A DNA stretch of 64,000 bases from a virus (lineage: Duplodnaviria; Heunggongvirae; Uroviricota; Caudoviricetes). This document shows positions 1 through 12,917 of the stretch, piece by piece. Within the stretch, counting starts at the first letter, position 1; every line of letters starts with the position of its first letter. A program made the translations under genes and the position numbers. The notes below the pieces were generated by a model that was not told the DNA's origin, ran no database searches, and was given only the letters and a program-made list of their open reading frames with translations. The DNA is taken from the IMG/VR virus record IMGVR_UViG_2875713109_000001; one strand, 5' to 3'.

Positions 1-3000
1 TCCCTGTGGTGGCGGCCTCCCTGATTGCTGTTACCCACGATTGAGTCAGCGCGGCGAATGCATGATTCAGATTGGCTTCCCGTTCTGCTGCGATGCGCGC
101 GCTTGCTGCGTCCATTGCCTGCTTGATCTCGGCTTTATTGCTGTAAATGCCAATGGTGCCAAACTGTGCTGTGGTGATCTCATAATCTGACGCCCGGAAC
201 TCATTGGTACCGAAAATGGCATTGGTGACTTCAAGTTCAGAATCCCCGTTACGAGTAGCCCCCTGGCTTGTTTTTTCCGGCATTCTGGCGATCGCATCCG
301 CTATTTTCTCCTGAATTGCTTCAGGGGATAGCGTATCTCCGTATGACGCGATTACATCGCCATAATTGGAGCCAAACAGTTCAACCAGGAATGTTTCTGC
401 CGAACGGATCTGGCGGTTATTCCCTTCCGACATCATACCAAGCACCCATTTTGCAATTGACGACTTCAGCGCGCCGTCACGGCGATCCGGGTAAACCGCA
501 TGCTTCAGTGGGTCCGTATAGGTACCAACAAAATCAATGCTATAGCCTGACTCTGTAGTCTGAACGCCGTACGAGTCAGTGATTTTGATCATGCCGCGCT
601 GCTGGAAACGGTAGAAATCGTCACAGGAAATGATGTCGTTAATCCCGGCGATGGAGACGCCACCACTGATTTTCTGCATAACAGCATCTTCATCGGGAGT
701 TACATCCACCTGTTTATCCAGCGTCTTCACATCCCAGTTACCCGATTTGGTGCCTCTTAAGGTAAAGATGCTCTCCACGTCTGCGCGCTGGCTGTCGAAG
801 TCCAGCGACTTAATGCGAACGATATCACCGGCACAATCGTAGTATTGGCCTACACGCCATGAGCGATCGCCGATAACAAGGAACTCATTCGCATGGTTAA
901 CCAGATCAGGATCAACATCCAGAATGCCTTTATTTATTGCATCCTCCACCAGCGGGCGCAGGCGTTTGATATCCGTCGCGGCCTTCTGAGTACGGTTCAA
1001 TAATTTCTCATAGCGGGAGATGGCCTGAGAGATATTAGCCTTGCGCTGAATGGCGCTTTTCAACGACGCGCGATACTGTGCTAACAACATACGGTCTGTG
1101 TGATGGACACTCCCCCAGCGGGCCTTCCAGTCTGCGTTATCCGCTGCCTTGGCCATTGCCGCCTGTTTGAATTTAGCTACCTCGGCGGTGGTCTTTTCAA
1201 GTTCCGCTTTGCTTCGCTCTAATTCAGCGGTAAGTACCTCCACATCCTCGCCAGCTGCGTGCTGCGCCTTGATGTAGTTCTGAAGGTCGATAGTAGCCTG
1301 TTCTTTCTGGCGAGCGCGTTTCGCAGCTTTCGCCTTATCCATTTGAACCTGCATCATTGCCAGACGTTCGCCGTCATCCTTCGCGGTATACATCTGCATT
1401 TCGATCATGTCATTGGCGTCGGCGTTCTCCATTTCTGACTTATCTGAACGGAGGATATCGGAGATCCAGCCTGCTTTACGCTTCAGCGTCTTCAGTCGGT
1501 ATTCATCGAAAGACCCCTTGCCGCAGTAGTAGTGAACGCGAACGCTTGCACGGTTGGAACCAACTCGGGCACCGCGACCGTTACGCTGTGCGATACTGGC
1601 TGGTGTCCACGGCAACGTCAGGTGGTGGATATCCGTCGTTCCTCGATGCAGGTTGATACCCACCTCTGCCTTTTTGTTGCAGATGATGATCGGAGTCCGG
1701 CCCTCCTGGAAGTCGGCTGCAATCTTTTCCAGACCGCCCAACGACATTTCATTTTGCTGCGCGATATAGGCGTCATACAGAGCCATTTGCTCGTTGTATT
1801 TCGCTATCTGTGCATCTGTTGGTTCATCCGGTAGCTCTTTCGGCGGTTTAACCGCTTTCAGTTTCTTACCGGTTTTACCTGCCTCGGCAACCGTCTGAGC
1901 ATTCAGGATCCCCACCTTTGAAGGTTCAAGGTTTAGAGCATTGCAGATAATGCGCTTGAGCTTCTGGTGCTGCGTTTTTTCATCGGTGAAGATGATTTGC
2001 TTACCTTCCGGGAAAAACTCCTTCAGCGTGGCGATCAGCTTCGCGTATTTGGGCGTAACGGGGTGAGTTACGGTCTGTTCGTCAATGCCAAACCTGGCCA
2101 GGCGCTTATTCACTTCCTGCTCGAACGCTTCCGGAACCTGCAACTGAATAAACTCGCCCTTATCTATCAGGGAGTATTGCGATTGCTGCGTGATTGAATC
2201 ATCACTGTCGTCGTCTTCGCTGGTGGCTTGTTTAGGCAAACTGTCCGCCAGCTGCTGCACCGCATCGGCGTACTCCGGCAGGAAACGATAGGTGATCCGG
2301 CGATAGTACAGGTCCATGTCAGTACATACGCGGTCCATATCCCTGATTATTGAGAAGATCGGACGGGCTTTCTCGTGCTCAATCACGCCGTCTTCATTGA
2401 CCGAGGTCGTTACGCCATTGTTGGCTTTGGCCGCCGCTTCCGCCTGCTGACGCAATTCTTCATACGCCGCCAGTTGTTCTTCAGTAAGTGGTGCATCCTG
2501 CTGGTGTTCGTCCAGCTCCGGGATCTCCACGGTATCCTTAACGTCTTCCGCCGTTTTAAGCGTTACCCAGCGATGGAATATACCGCGCAGCGCATCAAGG
2601 TTTTCAAAGCCCACCAGCGCCATTTTTTCTTCAACTTCACCGCTAATTTTCTGTACCGTTTCCAGCCTGGTCTTGCCGAAGAATTTAACGAAGTCATCAG
2701 GACCGTAGATCCCCATGTTCTGCCAGTATTCCTTCGGCAGAACATGAGAAAGCATGTTGTATGCATCGATCGGGGTGTTAACGACTGGCGTTGCAGTCAG
2801 GAGAACCGGCCCGCGCCCGCCATTCTTTTTCATCAGGTACGCGTTTTTAATTGCCATATCTCGCGCCGATTGCGCCACCGCGCTGGTGGGCAGATAGGCC
2901 AGCTGTGACGCTTCGCGACCATTTTTATAGCTATTGCGGTAGTTGTGGCCTTCGTCAGCAATCACGCTGTCGAAGCCCATATCCTCAAAGTACGGATACT

Positions 3001-6000
3001 TCTCTGCTTTTTCGGTACCGGTATCTGAATACTCCGACAATACCCGGCGACGCGCGGCCTCTTTGCGGTGGGAGTCGGAATCCATTGCGCTGGCTACGCG
3101 CCCGGCGGCAACGAAGTCATAAAGCATATCCTGTGCATGCTCATCTACGGTGTCATCACGTAGCGGAATGCGGGCGTATTGTTCTTTGGTAAACACGACT
3201 GCACGGTAATTTGAGTGCGGGATCGCGTTCATCCGCGCCGTGATAGTGGCTTCATCTGCCAGCTTAAGAGCATCGCGCATAACTGGAGTGCCATCAGTAC
3301 CAAGAACAGGTTTACCGTTCTCATCGAGCACCGGCACCTGGCGAATCTGATCGCCATCCATCAGCACATCAAGACCGACGAACAGGTAGTTACTGAATGC
3401 CTCTTCACTCAGGAATTCTTTTGCTTCGTAATACCAGTTTTCCAGCACTGATTTAGGCACTACATACGCAGTACGGGTGGAGCGACCGTTCTCATAGTTG
3501 AACGCCTCAAGCGCCAGCGCGGTCGTGGTTTTACCCAGCCCGGTGCCGAAGCCCAGGATGCCGCGCCCATCTTCGGACAGTCGGCGCACCTCGCTATTCT
3601 GGTAATCAAATGGCTGGCGCTTACCGCTTAATCCCTTCAACCCAAGCGGATCGCCAGAGTGTTCATACGGGATATTGCTATTGAACACATCGTTATATTT
3701 GGCAACCAGCTCATCGTAGCGATCGTGCGTCTTGATCCACTTATTGAACTGGTCCTCAAGCAGTGCCATCTGCTCGCGGTAGCCGTTCGCCGTCGCGCTA
3801 TCTTTGCCACCGATACGCGCACCATTGAGATACTTTTCCAGCTGTGCCGGGAACCCGGTCGCGTTTTCACCTGATTTACGGTCCCACTCGTAGCGGATCT
3901 CGCCTGTTTCTTTATCCTTGCGCTGGACGACACCGTATCGGTGCCCGACGAACAGACCATCACCACCGTGATAGGTGTCAGAAACCATTTCGTCGCCTTC
4001 CAGCTGCACTGACTGCACATAGCGCAGATCCGGATAGCCGTTTTCCTGCAAAAACTCCAGAATGACGGAGCGGTCGAACCAACGGCTATTGAGCTTAAAG
4101 CGGATATTCTCTGCTGGCGTCTTGATGCGCTTCTCTTCAATCGCTGCCAGCTGATTAAGGACGTTGTTTTTTACTGGACCGTCGGGGAGTGTGGCAAGGA
4201 ATTCCTGTTTTGGAGCCACTATCTCGTTAATGTCGCCGCTGGTGGCGCGGGCAAACGGAACAATCCCGCCATACGGTGAAACCGCAATGCCAGGGGTGCT
4301 GGCCAATAAATTAAGCAACTCGTCATCACTGGCTGGCAGTTCGCCGGTAAACGCAAGGCGGAAATCATCGAGCTGGATTGGATCGCGAGTGAGATCACTG
4401 TAGAGATAACGCAGGGTGTCCTGATAGCTGGTGGAGTCATAACTGGCGCTGGAATCATGCGTAACCAGTTTTCCTGTCAGCTCGTCAGAAATAGTGCCAT
4501 CCAGCTTAATTGCACCACGGAAAGCAAACCAGGCGCGCGCACCGCTCCCCGATAATTTCGCTATCGGACCGCGGCCGGGGTTACCAAAACGGTCAATCTC
4601 TGCCTGCAAACGGGATACCAGAGAAAGGCGCTGCTGTTCGATTTGTTCAGCACTATGCCCGGCGGCCTTCATGTCCTGATATTCAATTAACATCCGGCCA
4701 ATCATCGCCCCGCGATACAAGCGTTCACGGTATTTTTCAGGCTGGCTGTTAATCCAGTCCACCAGCTGCACCATATCGTCGCTGATTGATGTGGTGTACT
4801 TATCGCGGACATTTGCCATCTGGGTAAATGTCATACCGAGACGGCCTTCTGTTGTAGTCAGGTTACGCTGAAGAGCCTCCCAGCTATCCGCGCCATAACT
4901 GGCAACATCAATCTTCAGCTCCTTCCCGGCATCAGCTTCAATCCAGCGACCACCAGCATATTTTTGCCATACGCCATTAATCAGGCGCATTTCCCCTTCA
5001 TCAACAACATCTGCGGTCGGTGACGGTTCAGCCATATCGAGCAAAGACCAGTCGATACGACTTTCGAAACGATGAATCAGCTTCGCTTTAAGAGCCTGGT
5101 TATCAATCTGCCCGTCGGCACGAACCTCAATACGCCCCTGGAATCCCTTCTCCTGAGTGCCATGAACAAACCGGCGGCCGTCCTTTTCAAACCACTTGCC
5201 AGAAATAAACGTTGGCCAAAGCACATTTGCCGATTCAAGAGTGCCTTCATCCACCAGGGGGATTTTCTCAGCCATCTCCGCCGGATGTTTGCGCATCAGC
5301 ACCACGTCAACGACCGTACTGGTCCCGTTTGCGTCAAAAGTACCGGTAGGCAAGCGGTGGGCACCAAGAAATTCAGCTTTCCGTGATAGGCGCAGGCGTA
5401 ACCGCTTCATGTTTGAACCTGAAACAATGGACGGCGGCACAATCACGCACATGAATCCGCCTGGCTTTATCTTGTCCAGCATGCGGAGCATGAAGTAAGA
5501 ACCCATGTCCGTTTCTTCTGCGTAAGGCTTATCGATGTTGCGTGTGTTATCACGACCACCGAACGGAACGTTACCCACAACATGGTCGAATGAATCGTTA
5601 GGCGTGCTTACAGCCAGTTGTTCGAACGGGGAAATCTGTACGCTGTCTTCCGGATGTAACAGCTGGTTTATACGACCGGAAACACTGCTGATCTCAGTCG
5701 CGGTCATCACCGTGCCAACCGGTTTTGTCTCATTAAAAACGCCGGTGCCCGCCGATGGTTCCAGAGTGTTACCTACGTCCGCGCCGTAGAGCTTCATGAT
5801 CTCCCAGACACCTTCAGCTATCGGCTTTGGTGTGTAATATTCGGAGACGGACCCGCCAATGCCGCCTTCACCGGTGTACCCAGCCAGGATCTGGCGCTGT
5901 TCATCTGTCAGTGTCGCGCCGTCCACCAGCGAATTAAGCAAATCTATCGCCTTCTGATTCGCCTCACGGCGCAGTCGGTCATAGCTTTTGCCTTCCACCT

Positions 6001-6109
6001 TTTCCACGCCGTATTTAATCGGCGCTCGGTGAGATGTTATTGCCCTAATGTATTTCAATATTTCGCTGACACTTGAACAGCGAAACACCCCCATAGATAG
6101 CTTGTTCAT
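1..6109 (-). CDS. darB: DarB-like capsid-delivered anti-restriction protein, N6-adenine methyltransferase + SF2 helicase fusion; partial, 3' end beyond left edge
   Basis: ATG at 6109 (rc ATGAACAAG). Three motifs are in one frame with it: DHVVGNVPFGG (MTase motif IV-like, rc ~5571-5603), GFGTGLGKT Walker A (rc ~3527-3553), IADEGHNY DEGH box (rc ~2945-2968). Absent from ORF track because no stop lies inside the window; frame continuity below 2945 not checked codon by codon. Confidence 0.8.
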   Translation of the reverse strand, partial: MNKLSMGVFRCSSVSEILKYIRAITSHRAPIKYGVEKVEGKSYDRLRREANQKAIDLLNSLVDGATLTDEQRQILAGYTGEGGIGGSVSEYYTPKPIAEGVWEIMKLYGADVGNTLEPSAGTGVFNETKPVGTVMTATEISSVSGRINQLLHPEDSVQISPFEQLAVSTPNDSFDHVVGNVPFGGRDNTRNIDKPYAEETDMGSYFMLRMLDKIKPGGFMCVIVPPSIVSGSNMKRLRLRLSRKAEFLGAHRLPTGTFDANGTSTVVDVVLMRKHPAEMAEKIPLVDEGTLESANVLWPTFISGKWFEKDGRRFVHGTQEKGFQGRIEVRADGQIDNQALKAKLIHRFESRIDWSLLDMAEPSPTADVVDEGEMRLINGVWQKYAGGRWIEADAGKELKIDVASYGADSWEALQRNLTTTEGRLGMTFTQMANVRDKYTTSISDDMVQLVDWINSQPEKYRERLYRGAMIGRMLIEYQDMKAAGHSAEQIEQQRLSLVSRLQAEIDRFGNPGRGPIAKLSGSGARAWFAFRGAIKLDGTISDELTGKLVTHDSSASYDSTSYQDTLRYLYSDLTRDPIQLDDFRLAFTGELPASDDELLNLLASTPGIAVSPYGGIVPFARATSGDINEIVAPKQEFLATLPDGPVKNNVLNQLAAIEEKRIKTPAENIRFKLNSRWFDRSVILEFLQENGYPDLRYVQSVQLEGDEMVSDTYHGGDGLFVGHRYGVVQRKDKETGEIRYEWDRKSGENATGFPAQLEKYLNGARIGGKDSATANGYREQMALLEDQFNKWIKTHDRYDELVAKYNDVFNSNIPYEHSGDPLGLKGLSGKRQPFDYQNSEVRRLSEDGRGILGFGTGLGKTTTALALEAFNYENGRSTRTAYVVPKSVLENWYYEAKEFLSEEAFSNYLFVGLDVLMDGDQIRQVPVLDENGKPVLGTDGTPVMRDALKLADEATITARMNAIPHSNYRAVVFTKEQYARIPLRDDTVDEHAQDMLYDFVAAGRVASAMDSDSHRKEAARRRVLSEYSDTGTEKAEKYPYFEDMGFDSVIADEGHNYRNSYKNGREASQLAYLPTSAVAQSARDMAIKNAYLMKKNGGRGPVLLTATPVVNTPIDAYNMLSHVLPKEYWQNMGIYGPDDFVKFFGKTRLETVQKISGEVEEKMALVGFENLDALRGIFHRWVTLKTAEDVKDTVEIPELDEHQQDAPLTEEQLAAYEELRQQAEAAAKANNGVTTSVNEDGVIEHEKARPIFSIIRDMDRVCTDMDLYYRRITYRFLPEYADAVQQLADSLPKQATSEDDDSDDSITQQSQYSLIDKGEFIQLQVPEAFEQEVNKRLARFGIDEQTVTHPVTPKYAKLIATLKEFFPEGKQIIFTDEKTQHQKLKRIICNALNLEPSKVGILNAQTVAEAGKTGKKLKAVKPPKELPDEPTDAQIAKYNEQMALYDAYIAQQNEMSLGGLEKIAADFQEGRTPIIICNKKAEVGINLHRGTTDIHHLTLPWTPASIAQRNGRGARVGSNRASVRVHYYCGKGSFDEYRLKTLKRKAGWISDILRSDKSEMENADANDMIEMQMYTAKDDGERLAMMQVQMDKAKAAKRARQKEQATIDLQNYIKAQHAAGEDVEVLTAELERSKAELEKTTAEVAKFKQAAMAKAADNADWKARWGSVHHTDRMLLAQYRASLKSAIQRKANISQAISRYEKLLNRTQKAATDIKRLRPLVEDAINKGILDVDPDLVNHANEFLVIGDRSWRVGQYYDCAGDIVRIKSLDFDSQRADVESIFTLRGTKSGNWDVKTLDKQVDVTPDEDAVMQKISGGVSIAGINDIISCDDFYRFQQRGMIKITDSYGVQTTESGYSIDFVGTYTDPLKHAVYPDRRDGALKSSIAKWVLGMMSEGNNRQIRSAETFLVELFGSNYGDVIASYGDTLSPEAIQEKIADAIARMPEKTSQGATRNGDSELEVTNAIFGTNEFRASDYEITTAQFGTIGIYSNKAEIKQAMDAASARIAAEREANLNHAFAALTQSWVTAIREAATTG

Positions 6110-6120
6110 TGGTAATCCTT

Positions 6121-6142
6121 AACAAGTGACTAGTGTTAAATT
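6121..6142 (+). promoter_or_regulatory. late-promoter-like motif AACAAGTGACT-N5-TAAATT upstream of prt
   Basis: Motif recurs upstream of lyz, gene 23-like, R and lydA (see findings). Confidence 0.3.
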
Positions 6143-6176
6143 TCCGTTCAAACACGATGCGAATTATTCTAATTAA

Positions 6177-8907
<2,731 letters not shown>

Positions 8908-8918
8908 CCACCAAAAAT

Positions 8919-8940
8919 AACCCCGGCGGCTGCCGGGGTT
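8919..8940. terminator. GC hairpin AACCCCGGC-ggc-TGCCGGGGTT between convergent pro and lyz units
   Basis: Perfect 9-bp stem; A-run before and T after. Confidence 0.5.
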
Positions 8941-8951
8941 ATCGTTAACTA

Positions 8952-9206
8952 TTATCGCTTTCGCCTGCGTGCCATATATTTGCGCACCGCGCGGCGTGGA
9001 CAATCTGAAGCGGTTTCTTTCTGCTGCATCAATCTCGCAGCCATGCTCAAAAATGTCAGGCACAGCCGAAGCCCGGCATACAATAGCGGTTCCAGTGGCC
9101 ACGTTTCATTAAGCACATATACCGCCATGAAAATCGAGTCGAAAACTATCGCTGCCAGCGATAACTTCATTGTCGAAAGTCTGCGGAGCTGCCGGAGTTT
9201 ATTCAT
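8952..9206 (-). CDS. hypothetical small membrane protein coupled to lyz
   Basis: ATG overlaps last codons of lyz (ATGAATAA); two hydrophobic segments; basic C-terminus. Confidence 0.25.
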   Translation of the reverse strand: MNKLRQLRRLSTMKLSLAAIVFDSIFMAVYVLNETWPLEPLLYAGLRLCLTFLSMAARLMQQKETASDCPRRAVRKYMARRRKR

Positions 9207-9756
9207 TGACCAGTCCCGTCAGGCAAAGCTGGCGTTCTTTTTCACGGCGAATCTTTAAACCTCGCAGGGGCACGCCGTTACTGTTCACAAAATCAGGGAG
9301 ATGGTTACACATATTCACCCATTCCCCTTTCTGCGCCCACTTGTGGATGGACGTTTCGACTCGCATGCCTCGCGCTTTGCTGTAGTAGGTCCGTAAGCTA
9401 TTGCATCCCATATTGAATGCCGCGCTTGTCATTGCACTAAAGGCATTATCGGGCATGTCTTTGCCCCGGAAGTGCTGATTAATACAGCGTTCAGCGATCA
9501 GGATATTCTTTTCCCAATCAGCGGCGATTTGCTGGTCGGTTTTTCGCACACCCGGCGTTACCCCGTGTGTATTACCGATCCCGTCAGTCCATACCCCCGC
9601 CGGGCACATGTATGGATCACGTCGGCAACCTTCAGCGTTACCAATCAGCTCAAGCCCCGCCTGGTTGGTTCGCACATTGCCATTACCCATTACGATGGTA
9701 ATCATCACCGCGATAGCGCAAATTGCACCGCCTCCTGCGGCTGTTTTTCCCTTCAT
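9199..9756 (-). CDS. lyz: SAR endolysin (T4-lysozyme-like muramidase with N-terminal signal-anchor-release domain)
   Basis: Gly/Ala-rich weakly hydrophobic N-terminal segment; catalytic E-x8-D-x5-T pattern (NAEGCRRDPYMCPAGVWTDGIGNTHG); ATG with SD GAGG. Confidence 0.9.
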   Translation of the reverse strand: MKGKTAAGGGAICAIAVMITIVMGNGNVRTNQAGLELIGNAEGCRRDPYMCPAGVWTDGIGNTHGVTPGVRKTDQQIAADWEKNILIAERCINQHFRGKDMPDNAFSAMTSAAFNMGCNSLRTYYSKARGMRVETSIHKWAQKGEWVNMCNHLPDFVNSNGVPLRGLKIRREKERQLCLTGLVNE

Positions 9757-9844
9757 AAAGACCTCATAAGCGAATTTTTACGCTCCAGGACAAACACCCA
9801 TTCACAGCCAATACCGACTGACTCGATCCCTTTAGAAGGCACAG

Positions 9845-9868
9845 GATAATGCAAATCACTTGTTAGCT
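9845..9868 (-). promoter_or_regulatory. late-promoter-like motif (rc GCTAACAAGTGATTTGCATTATCC) upstream of lyz
   Basis: Shares the AACAAGTGAYT core with the prt and gene-23 upstream regions. Confidence 0.3.
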
Positions 9869-9888
9869 ACGTTTCAAAGATATACATT

Positions 9889-9905
9889 ATTGCTCTAATC
9901 ATTTT
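9889..9905 (+). promoter_or_regulatory. C1 repressor operator-like site ATTGCTCTAATCATTTT
   Basis: 15/17 match to the remembered P1 C1 operator consensus ATTGCTCTAATAAATTT; 20 bp upstream of ssb. Confidence 0.5.
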
Positions 9906-9924
9906 ATTTTATTAGGTAAGATAA

Positions 9925-10413
9925 GTGGCACAACGCGGTGTAAACAAAGTCATCCTGATTGGTACCCTGGGGCAAGACCCGGAGATCAGGTATATACCAA
10001 ATGGCGGAGCGGTCGGAAGACTAAGCATCGCAACAAATGAATCATGGCGCGACAAGCAAACGGGCCAACAGAAAGAGCAAACAGAATGGCATAGAGTCGT
10101 TTTGTTCGGGAAACTTGCTGAAATTGCGAGTGAGTATTTACGAAAAGGTTCTCAGGTCTACATCGAAGGGAAACTTAAAACCCGTAAGTGGACAGATGAC
10201 GCCGGTGTAGAACGTTACACGACGGAAATTATCGTCAGCCAGGGCGGCACCATGCAAATGATCGGCGCTCGCCGTGACGATTCACAGTCCTCAAATGGCT
10301 GGGGGCAATCGAACCAACCTCAAAACCACCAGCAATACAGTGGTGGCGGTAAACCTCAGAGCAACGCCAATAACGAACCTCCAATGGACTTTGACGACGA
10401 TATTCCGTTTTAG
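9925..10413 (+). CDS. ssb: single-stranded DNA-binding protein
   Basis: N-terminus (M)[24 protein letters not shown]-fold, Gly/Gln-rich linker, acidic tip DFDDDIPF; GTG start with SD AGGTAAG. Confidence 0.95.
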   Translation: MAQRGVNKVILIGTLGQDPEIRYIPNGGAVGRLSIATNESWRDKQTGQQKEQTEWHRVVLFGKLAEIASEYLRKGSQVYIEGKLKTRKWTDDAGVERYTTEIIVSQGGTMQMIGARRDDSQSSNGWGQSNQPQNHQQYSGGGKPQSNANNEPPMDFDDDIPF

Positions 10414-10615
10414 AGTTTATGAGTAAAAAACGACTGAAAGAAAAGCGGTGGTCAAGACGCCGACAAAAGCACGAACTCGCAAAAAAACGCCAAAGTTGGC
10501 AATGGCACGCGCTTTTCACGAAAAGAACACCCCGAGATATTGCTTTCGCTGGTGGGAAAACATTCCTGACCCACCTGAAGGCGCAATACATCAGTTTTTA
10601 AGCAGAGAAAAGACT

Positions 10616-11410
10616 ATGACAGCACAAAATACTAAAACAATTCAATACCGCCTGCGTAATGGCCAGAGTGTCGAAGTGACCATCAATAATGATGGTGTAC
10701 CTGGCGAAAAGGTTTCGATCTCTGATCTGGCTATCGAAAAAACCATCATGTGCCACCTTGGCTTTACTGAAGAAGTGAGCAAAAAGCATGGTGTAGCTAT
10801 CTGGCGCACAATGGATACTGGCATGCGCAGATTCATTACTGCTCGTACCCCTGGTATGACCATGATGGACCTCATACAGATTGCGCCGCTGTTTGAGTGT
10901 GAACCTTTGGATGTATTCAGCAATCCAGCTATCTGCCAGCAGTTATATGGTGAGATGAAACTCGCGGTTACCCCCATTGTGCTGCATGAAGGATCGCTTG
11001 CTGGCGTATGGAAAGTAGAGCGAATTTCAAGCTACATGCCATTCCACATCCATGTCAACGGCGTAATCGCAGGTGAAAATCAACCTGTTTCAGTTACAAA
11101 GTCAGACCTCAATCGCGCAATTCTTGAAGCAAGTTGTCGAGTTATCGGCCTGGGCAAACAGTCTTATGTTTCCTTCCCGGCTGGTCCTGAAGGCCCGGCA
11201 GAAATTCTGATTATGGATGCTGATCTGCTCTGGCAAATACAGTTTCTGATTGGCAAAAGCATCATCCGCGCTGAAGAACTCGATCAGTACATTACCTGCA
11301 CGATGACGGATGAAGTCAAAAGTGTGGCTATAGCCAATGCCCGGAACCTGTGTCGTGCTGCATTAACAGAACCGCAAGAAAACATTCCAGAAGAAACAGA
11401 AAGTGACTAA
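10616..11410 (+). CDS. hypothetical protein (264 aa from ATG 10616; frame opens at 10448)
   Basis: Long ORF between ssb and the kinase cassette; no motif recognised; start uncertain. Confidence 0.45.
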   Translation: MTAQNTKTIQYRLRNGQSVEVTINNDGVPGEKVSISDLAIEKTIMCHLGFTEEVSKKHGVAIWRTMDTGMRRFITARTPGMTMMDLIQIAPLFECEPLDVFSNPAICQQLYGEMKLAVTPIVLHEGSLAGVWKVERISSYMPFHIHVNGVIAGENQPVSVTKSDLNRAILEASCRVIGLGKQSYVSFPAGPEGPAEILIMDADLLWQIQFLIGKSIIRAEELDQYITCTMTDEVKSVAIANARNLCRAALTEPQENIPEETESD

Positions 11411-11416
11411 TAAAAA

Positions 11417-11434
11417 CCCCGTCAGTTGGCGGGG
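11417..11434. terminator. hairpin CCCCG-n8-CGGGG downstream of the 10616-11410 ORF
   Basis: 5-bp GC stem flanked by an A-run; terminator function uncertain. Confidence 0.3.
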
Positions 11435-11607
11435 AACTCCACGTCAAATGGCCAATTGTTATGTCAGCTAGCAGTTAAAGCGCCTAGTCATCATCTTTTA
11501 AAGAAGTCTTTTTAACTTACCTAAATTAGTGACACCTCCCGTTTTGCTTGCTATTGTACGCATTCATGAATCTATTCATTAATCTATTCACAATAGTAAT
11601 TAAAACT

Positions 11608-12912
11608 ATGGCTATACATGCAACAACAATCCGTAATTTGCTCAATCAAGGTCCTATGACACCAAGACAATTGGTTGAAAGACTAAGTGTTAGCCAACCA
11701 ACGATATCTAGAGCATTAAGAGATCTTGGTGATGAAATCGTTAGGATCGGAAATGGAAGATCTATTCAATATGCTTTACGAGACTCTTTTAGAGGATTCG
11801 AATCAGTCCCCATTTATCGTATAACTGAAGAGGGGTGTATTTGCGTTCTTGGTACTCTCATTCCGGTGAGGCCAGAAGGCTATGTTATGGTTGAGGAAGG
11901 GAAAAATAACAGGCATAGCGATGGGTTACCTTGGTGGTTATTTGATATGCGTCCACAAGGCTTCCTTGGAAGAGCATATGCATCAGCATATGCTCTTGAA
12001 CTTAACCTTCCCTCAAATCCAGAGCAATGGTCAGATACTGACGTGATCAAAGCCTTACTTAAGCATGGGCATGATGTTGTTGGTAATTTGTTAATTGGAG
12101 AGCAAGCACGCACGCATTTTTTAGAGATGCAGCCTCCTGTTCCTGTTAATCGTGAAAGTGAATATCCTGTATTAGCTTTAGCTGCTGGTGAAGGTGATGT
12201 GCCCGGTTCATCTGCTGGAGGTGAACAACCCAAATTTTGTACTTTCACAGAGCGTGGACATGTATTAGTGAAATTCTCTGCGCCTAACGACACCCCTATA
12301 AGTGAGCGTTGGAGAGATCTCTTGTTTGCTGAACATCTCGCATTAAAAGTTCTGGGGGTAGAAACAGAAGTTTTTGATTATAACGGTCAGAGATTCTTGG
12401 AAATTCCCCGATTTGATCGTGTTGGTCAACTAGGTCGGGTAGGTGTATTCTCACTTCGTGCACTTGATGCAGAATTTGTTGGGAATGCAAGAGCAACATG
12501 GCCCTTGCTGGTTAAAGAGTTGGTAAAAAATAAGTGCGTCCATCCTGATGCGATTATTATAGCAACAAGGCTATGGTCTTTTGGTTTGCTAATAGGCAAT
12601 ACCGATATGCATAATGGTAACCTATCGTTTATTAGTAGCCACGGACGCCCATATCATATTGCTCCAGCCTATGACATGTTACCTATGGGTTTTGCTCCAC
12701 GCTCTGGGGGAGCAATATCTAATGAGCTTAGAAAAACAGCACTACCAGACTTTGTAAGTCGAAAAATATGGGATGAATCTCTTGAATTGGCTGAAAAATT
12801 TTATGCATTGGCCTGTGAGTCCGACAAATTCTCAGCTAACTTTACTCCATGTTTAGAAGCGCTACGCATCCACCTAGATGATTGTAAGATACGCATAGCC
12901 CGCCTGGCATAA
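11608..12912 (+). CDS. HipA-like Ser/Thr kinase with N-terminal HTH domain (E. coli YjjJ-like)
   Basis: HTH TPRQLVERLSVSQPTISRALRDLGD; HipA P-loop-like SSAGGEQPKF; catalytic-loop-like IGNTDMHNGNLSF (D-x-H-x-x-N). AT-rich with frequent AGA/ATA/CTA/TTA codons. Start taken at ATG 11608; track frame opens at TTG 11548. Confidence 0.7.
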   Translation: MAIHATTIRNLLNQGPMTPRQLVERLSVSQPTISRALRDLGDEIVRIGNGRSIQYALRDSFRGFESVPIYRITEEGCICVLGTLIPVRPEGYVMVEEGKNNRHSDGLPWWLFDMRPQGFLGRAYASAYALELNLPSNPEQWSDTDVIKALLKHGHDVVGNLLIGEQARTHFLEMQPPVPVNRESEYPVLALAAGEGDVPGSSAGGEQPKFCTFTERGHVLVKFSAPNDTPISERWRDLLFAEHLALKVLGVETEVFDYNGQRFLEIPRFDRVGQLGRVGVFSLRALDAEFVGNARATWPLLVKELVKNKCVHPDAIIIATRLWSFGLLIGNTDMHNGNLSFISSHGRPYHIAPAYDMLPMGFAPRSGGAISNELRKTALPDFVSRKIWDESLELAEKFYALACESDKFSANFTPCLEALRIHLDDCKIRIARLA

Positions 12913-12917
12913 ACAAC

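Noticed and set aside
67-5789. Numerous 60-170 aa ORFs on both strands in the first 6 kb (for example 3637-4140 minus)
   Set aside because: All are out of frame or antisense relative to the continuous DarB-like frame that starts at 6109.
8980-9385. Plus-strand ORFs (8980-9258, 9170-9385) opposite lyz
   Set aside because: Antisense to the endolysin gene, whose catalytic motif confirms the minus-strand frame.
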